This document shows, one piece after another, positions 58,106-64,000 of a DNA stretch of 64,000 nt. Each line of letters starts with the position of its first letter. Positions within the stretch are counted from its first letter, which is position 1. The position numbers and the translations under genes were made by a program. Source of the stretch: Macrostomum lignano (taxonomy: Eukaryota); assembly GCA_002269645.1 (NCBI GenBank), contig NIVC01000301.1:124001-188000 (forward strand). The letters run 5' to 3'. Below the pieces are notes generated by a model. That model saw nothing but the letters and a program-made list of their open reading frames with translations, did not search any database and was not told the origin of the DNA.

Positions 58106-58968
58106 TATTGCTGAGTTGCTGAGTTATAAGCTCTTCTTAGCGTGCGACACTAATTAATTTGTCTGGATCTTCACGCACTCTGCTTTGGGCCTGAAGCCCA
58201 GAAGTTCCTGAGGCAAAAAGCGTCGCCTAGCCTCTTTGAAGACACTGATTCAATATTCTTCAAGCCCGCGTATTTGTTGAGCCCCGTTGAAGGAATCCAT
58301 ACTACTCAGACTTGAGACTTCGATAGTAAACAAGCTTTATTGATTCTGCACTAGCCAGTATTTGGCGAGATGTTGGGAATTTGCTGACTGCAAACTGAAA
58401 TGCTTGCTCAGGTCTATTGTTGACTGGTTCTTCGGTTGCATTGTGCTTCTTTGAGTAGCTAGTCAACATTGTCACTGTTTAATCTCGGCTTCTTAAATCT
58501 CTGTTTTATTCCTGAATATCGGGTTTCCAACTGCTGCTGCAGGCTGGCTGTAGAGTTGTATGCTATTTTACTAGACTTGGTCAAAATATGCGGCCAAAAT
58601 ATGCAGCTCAGCTGTCATATAATCGTACTACACAGGCTACCATTATTCCACTTCGCCACATACGAAGCAAATTTAAATGTAATTTAGAATCAATTGACCG
58701 ACCGCACCAAACGAGTGGTCTAATAAGTAGTTTGGTTTTCTGCAATTCTGCACGTTGAATCAAAAAGGCATTGCATATCCGATTTTCTCGATATTGCAGC
58801 TTGCAGAAACGGGCAGGCTGGCAAAGGCGGCAGAAATCCAGGAAATAAAAATACGAAAACAATGCAAATTTAGGTGAAGATCAAACAATATAGTTTATTT
58901 CAAACACCCATTAAAGAAGGGTCACAAAACCGAATCGTATTAATGTTTTAGAAGGTGAAACAATCCAT

Positions 58969-61707
58969 TTAACCACGTTTGGCGGCACGTCTAAGGTTGC
59001 GTCTGGCGCGTCTGACACGACGACCACCTCTTCTCACATCGCGGCTTCTGCGGGCACGTCTGGCGGCGCGTCTACGGATGCGTCTGGCGCGTCTGGCAAT
59101 GCGTCTACGGATGCGTCTGGCGCGTCTGGCACGACGACCACCTCTTCTCACATCGCGGCTTCTGCGGGCACGTCTGGCAGCGCGTCTAAGGTTGCGTCTG
59201 GCGCGTCTGGCACGACGACCACCTCTTCTCACATCGCGGCTTCTGCGGGAACGTCTTGCAGCGCGTCCAAGGTTGCGTCTCGCGCGTCTGGCACGACGAC
59301 CACCTCTTCTCACATCGCGGCTTCTGCGGGCGCGTCTAGCAATGCGTCTACGGATGCGTCTGGCGCGTCTAACACGACGACCACCTCTTCTCACATCGCG
59401 GCTTCTGCGGGCACGTCTTGCAGCGCGTCTAAGGTTGCGTCTGGCGCGTCTGGCACGACGACCACCTCTTCTCACATCGCGGCTTCTGCGGGCACGTCTT
59501 GCGGCGCGTCTACGGATGCGTCTGGCGCGTCTAGCAATGCGTCTACGGATGCGTCTGGCGCGTCTGGCACGACGACCACCTCTTCTCACATCGCGGCTTC
59601 TGCGGGCACGTCTTGCAGCGCGTCTACGGATGCGTCTGGCGCGTCTGGCAATGCGTCTACGGATGCGTCTGGCGCGTCTTGCACGACGACCACCTCTTCT
59701 CACATCGCGGCTTCTGCGGGCGCGTCTAGCAATGCGTCTACGGATGCGTCTGGCGCGTCTGGCACGACGACCACCTCTTCTCACATCGCGGCTTCTGCGG
59801 GCACGTCTTGCAGCGCGTCTAAGGTTGCGTCTCGCGCGTCTGGCACGACGACCACCTCTTCTCACATCGCGGCTTCTGCGGGCACGTCTTGCGGCGCGTC
59901 TACGGATGCGTCTGGCGCGTCTGGCAATGCGTCTACGGATGCGTCTGGCGCGTCTGGCACGACGACCACCTCTTCTCACATCGCGGCTTCTGCGGGCACG
60001 TCTTGCAGCGCGTCTACGGATGCGTCTGGCGCGTCTGGCAATGCGTCTACGGATGCGTCTGGCGCGTCTTGCACGACGACCACCTCTTCTCACATCGCGG
60101 CTTCTGCGGGCACGTCTGGCGGCGCGTCTAAGGTTGCGTCTCGCGCGTCTGGCACGACGACCACCTCTTCTCACATCGCGGCTTCTGCGGGCACGTCTTG
60201 CAGCGCGTCTAAGGTTGCGTCTCGCGCGTCTGGCACGACGACCACCTCTTCTCACATCGCGGCTTCTGCGGGCGCGTCTGGCAATGCGTCTACGGATGCG
60301 TCTGGCGCGTCTAACACGACGACCACCTCTTCTCACATCGCGGCTTCTGCGGGCACGTCTTGCGGCGCGTCTAAGGTTGCGTCTGGCGCGTCTGGCACGA
60401 CGACCACCTCTTCTCACATCGCGGCTTCTGCGGGCACGTCTTGCAGCGCGTCTACGGATGCGTCTGGCGCGTCTGACACGACGACCACCTCTTCTCACAT
60501 CGCGGCTTCTGCGGGCACGTCTTGCAGCGCGTCTAAGGTTGCGTCTGGCGCGTCTGGCACGACGACCACCTCTTCTCACATCGCGGCTTCTGCGGGCACG
60601 TCTTGCGGCGCGTCTACGGATGCGTCTGGCGCGTCTAGCAATGCGTCTACGGATGCGTCTGGCGCGTCTGGCACGACGACCACCTCTTCTCACATCGCGG
60701 CTTCTGCGGGCACGTCTTGCAGCGCGTCTAAGGTTGCGTCTCGCGCGTCTGGCACGACGACCACCTCTTCTCACATCGCGGCTTTAGCGGGCACGTCTTG
60801 CGGCGCGTCTACGGATGCGTCTGGCGCGTCTAGCAATGCGTCTACGGATGCGTCTGGCGCGTCTGGCACGACGACCACCTCTTCTCACATCGCGGCTTCT
60901 GCGGGCACGTCTTGCAGCGCGTCTACGGATGCGTCTGGCGCGTCTGGCAATGCGTCTACGGATGCGTCTGGCGCGTCTTGCACGACGACCACCTCTTCTC
61001 ACATCGCGGCTTCTGCGGGCACGTCTGGCGGCGCGTCTAAGGTTGCGTCTCGCGCGTCTGGCACGACGACCACCTCTTCTCACATCGCGGCTTCTGCGGG
61101 CACGTCTTGCAGCGCGTCTAAGGTTGCGTCTCGCGCGTCTGGCACGACGACCACCTCTTCTCACATCGCGGCTTCTGCGGGCGCGTCTGGCAATGCGTCT
61201 ACGGATGCGTCTGGCGCGTCTAACACGACGACCACCTCTTCTCACATCGCGGCTTCTGCGGGCACGTCTTGCAGCGCGTCTACGGATGCGTCTGGCGCGT
61301 CTGACACGACGACCACCTCTTCTCACATCGCGGCTTCTGCGGGCACGTCTGGCGGCGCGTCGGTTCTGCCGCCTGGATTGGCGGCGACTCCGCCTCTCGC
61401 TTCTTCTGCCCCTTCTTTTCTCTGCGCTCCTCCTTGGCGGTCTTCTGCAAGGCTTCTGAGCCATAGCGGGCTTCTTAGCGGATCCAGCGATGGCCGCAGC
61501 GTTAGCGGCTGCTGGCTTCTTCAGCTTATTCTTCGCATTCGGTGGTGGCGCTGAGAGCTGAAAATTGCAAATGATTTTCGTAATTATTCAAAATTGAAGC
61601 TGCCATTAGTGCTACATACGTACGAGCGTAGTTATGTGCAACAGAGTTCAACTTACCACTAGCGTGCAAAGCAGCGCGGCGCAAGCTGCCAACAGAATGA
61701 GTCTCAT
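58969..61707 (-). CDS. Secreted arginine-rich repeat protein, copy B: exon 1 61707-61657, exon 2 61557-58969; in-frame TAA at 60784-60786 (274 aa as written, 879 codons if the stop is an error)
   Basis: Identical signal-peptide exon and 99-bp intron. 26 SRDV units. One AGA codon reads TAA, and the frame stays open after it. Confidence 0.75.
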
Positions 61708-63169
61708 GTTTGAGCTGTTTGGGAGCTGACTGGATTGAATTTCGGAAGCCCCAAAACGGACCTACTTTTATGCTGTTGTTGAGCTTGACACCCCGCGGGT
61801 GGCCGTTTCTTCACCTGCCGGATGGCAACTGCTGAGCTGGCAGACTGTCAGATTTTTTAAATTTGTTTGCACGCTGCTTCGCACTGGAAATTCGTGCGGC
61901 TTGAATGCCGTTCATTTTTAGACAATTTTGTTTGTTTTGTTCGACTCTGCTGACTGGTGCAAAATAATTCTCAAGAACGAAATAATTCTCCCTACTCTCA
62001 AGACATTACGGCCTTGTCGTTTTGGTGACTTTTGCTGTGCTGAGCAAACGCGGGCCTGAAGTGGCGCTTGTTTGACAGCAGAATCTGCAGGTGCAACTCC
62101 TCAAACATGCGAAAAGTTGCTAAGGCGATCGATTTTGACTAAGAGTTTTTTGCGACTCAAACGTTCATGCTCACACTGAAGAGTAAATTGCAAGAAACCA
62201 CTTTTGCAATTCGATGATTAAGAATTTTGGTTGACGTCAGCACTGCATTCAAAATATCTTTGTATCCTTGATGCGAGAGCTCTCATAATGCCGTTGCGGG
62301 TAGGGATTTTTCAGGCCAGTGACTGACTGATGCCGTGGGTGACGAAAACTGTAAAAGGTTTATCAAGTAGCTCACACCAGTGTGGCAGATTATTAAATTC
62401 CCCAGATTACGATTCCTGATAGTAATGTGTGCCTGTGTTCCTTTAGCACTGCGGTTCTTGCCGCCTCTCAACCTCTTCGTCAGGGGTGAGGCGGCTGGAA
62501 CGATCCGGCGTCTACTAGAACTCTCCTAATCAGAGTGCAACATAGCTGCTGTCGACACCGGGGGACCTCCCGGGACGGCGCAAACCCTTCGTCCATAGCG
62601 ACGAATCGGCCGTTCAGGGATTAGCGGAATGGGCTTTCGTGCCTTGCCGCTGTGTCCCCTCCGGGACAGCCCTGCAGTTAAGTAAGTCAAGATGTATGCG
62701 TGGCTTCTTTGAGCACTGAGGATCTTGCCACAAGTAGATGTCCAGCTGAATTGCTGTGCAGGTCTGTTTTCAGACTGTAAAAAAATGATTTAAAAAGCTT
62801 TAATCCGCTAAAAGTTGAGTATCTGGTAGCAGTGAAATCGCTTTTGGGTTCACAAAACATTTTACCAATATTCCATCCACCCTGTTACATACTACACAAA
62901 TTACCATAGCGTTTGCGACGCAGGTTGCAGGAAGGAGCATCTGAGAAACATTGAAAAACTAGGATCAGTTCGGGTGGAAGAGCATAGTAGGTATTTCTTT
63001 GAATTCTGAATCCCGATATCGGTAAATCCTGAATGTAAACTCGGCTGTTCGGGACGAATCGAAACAATTTTTGTCTGTCAGAAGTTTCCTAATGATGAGT
63101 CTCCAGGTAGCCTGCAATCTTCTAAAATTGTCCAGAATGTAGCCGAATCCCGTAACTACTGGTACTTGT

Positions 63170-63735
63170 CTCAAGATCCCGTTACCTACTTGTCCCGAGA
63201 TCCCGTACCTACTTGTCCCGAGACCCCGTTACCTACTTGTTCCGAGATCTCGTTACCTACTTGTCCTGAGATCTCGTTACCTACTTGTCCTGAGATCCCG
63301 TCATATAGTTGTCCTTAGATCCCGTTAAATATCTGTCCTGAGATCCCGTCACATATTTGTCCTGAGATCCCGTTGAATATCTGTCCTGAGATCCCGTCAC
63401 ATATTTGTCCTGAGATCCTGTTAAATATCTGTCCTGATATCCCGTTCCATCTTTTTTCTGAGATCCCGTTCCTTGCTTGTCCTGAGATCGCATTCCATAT
63501 TTGTCCTGAGATCCCATCTCATCTTTTTTCTGAGATCCCGTTCCATACTTGTCCTGAGGTCCCGTTACATACTGGTCCTGCGATCCCGTTACATACTTGT
63601 CCTGAGGTCCCGTTCCATACTTGTCCTGAGGTCCCGTTACATACTTGTCCTGAGGTCCCGTTCCATACTTGTCCTGAGGTCCCGTTCCATACTTGTCCTG
63701 AGGTCCCGTTACATACTTGTCCCAAGATCCTTTCT
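63170..63735. repeat. 24-bp minisatellite (gagatcccgttacctacttgtcct and variants)
   Basis: About 23 degenerate units. Confidence 0.92.
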
Positions 63736-64000
63736 CAAAAAATCACATCCAGACCCAAAAAGCTTGTCCCGTTCTAGAGCAAGTCCTCTCAGTGTAAAAT
63801 TTGTCATCACCTGTTTCCTAGGCAACTAATTGACTTGTGTCTTGTCAATCACCGGACAGAATGGGTTCGAATTATTACAGTTGCTGTGCAGAGTGCTGCT
63901 TTCGGAGTGTCCCTACTGCAACAGCTTCTATCATCCATCCAAAGGAAATTAATAGAAAAAACTCAACACGCGGTGAAAGCCGAACTCGACTAAGCAGCAT

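Larger units (their letters stand above)
53710..62518. repeat. Segmental duplication unit B
   Basis: See unit A. Homology ends at ccggcgtctactag (51130 / 62518). Confidence 0.95.

Noticed and set aside
62540-62680. Hairpin-rich segment suggesting a self-cleaving ribozyme
   Set aside because: No CUGANGA/GAAA core in correct stem context and no complete HDV-like or twister pairing found by eye.

Overview
Eukaryotic (metazoan) genomic DNA with GC-rich exons, GT-AG introns and AT-rich or repeat-filled non-coding DNA. The style suggests a free-living flatworm such as Macrostomum (inference; the species cannot be confirmed here). The ORF track is misleading, so gene models were rebuilt by hand from splice sites. 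Left half (1-41 kb): a QSOX-like sulfhydryl oxidase with no thioredoxin domains; three co-oriented genome-maintenance genes (RAD51, HELLS/LSH, XPC/Rad4); a spliced ankyrin-repeat plus Ser/Thr kinase gene; an innexin; an orphan membrane protein; and a two-pore-domain K+ channel. Most long introns are filled by their own mini- or microsatellite, and SINEs and MITEs are interspersed. Right half (42-62.5 kb): a tandem segmental duplication. Each unit holds a secreted fibrinogen-related (PAN+FReD) gene on the + strand, convergent with a gene on the - strand for a very large, roughly 59% arginine, 27-aa-repeat protein. A small upstream exon missed by the ORF track gives that protein a signal peptide (MRLILLAACAALLCTLV|LSA), so it looks like a secreted polycation rather than a protamine. 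The units are interrupted or separated by DIRS/Ngaro-type, Tc1, LINE and Gypsy remnants. No rRNA, genuine tRNA or CRISPR array was seen.
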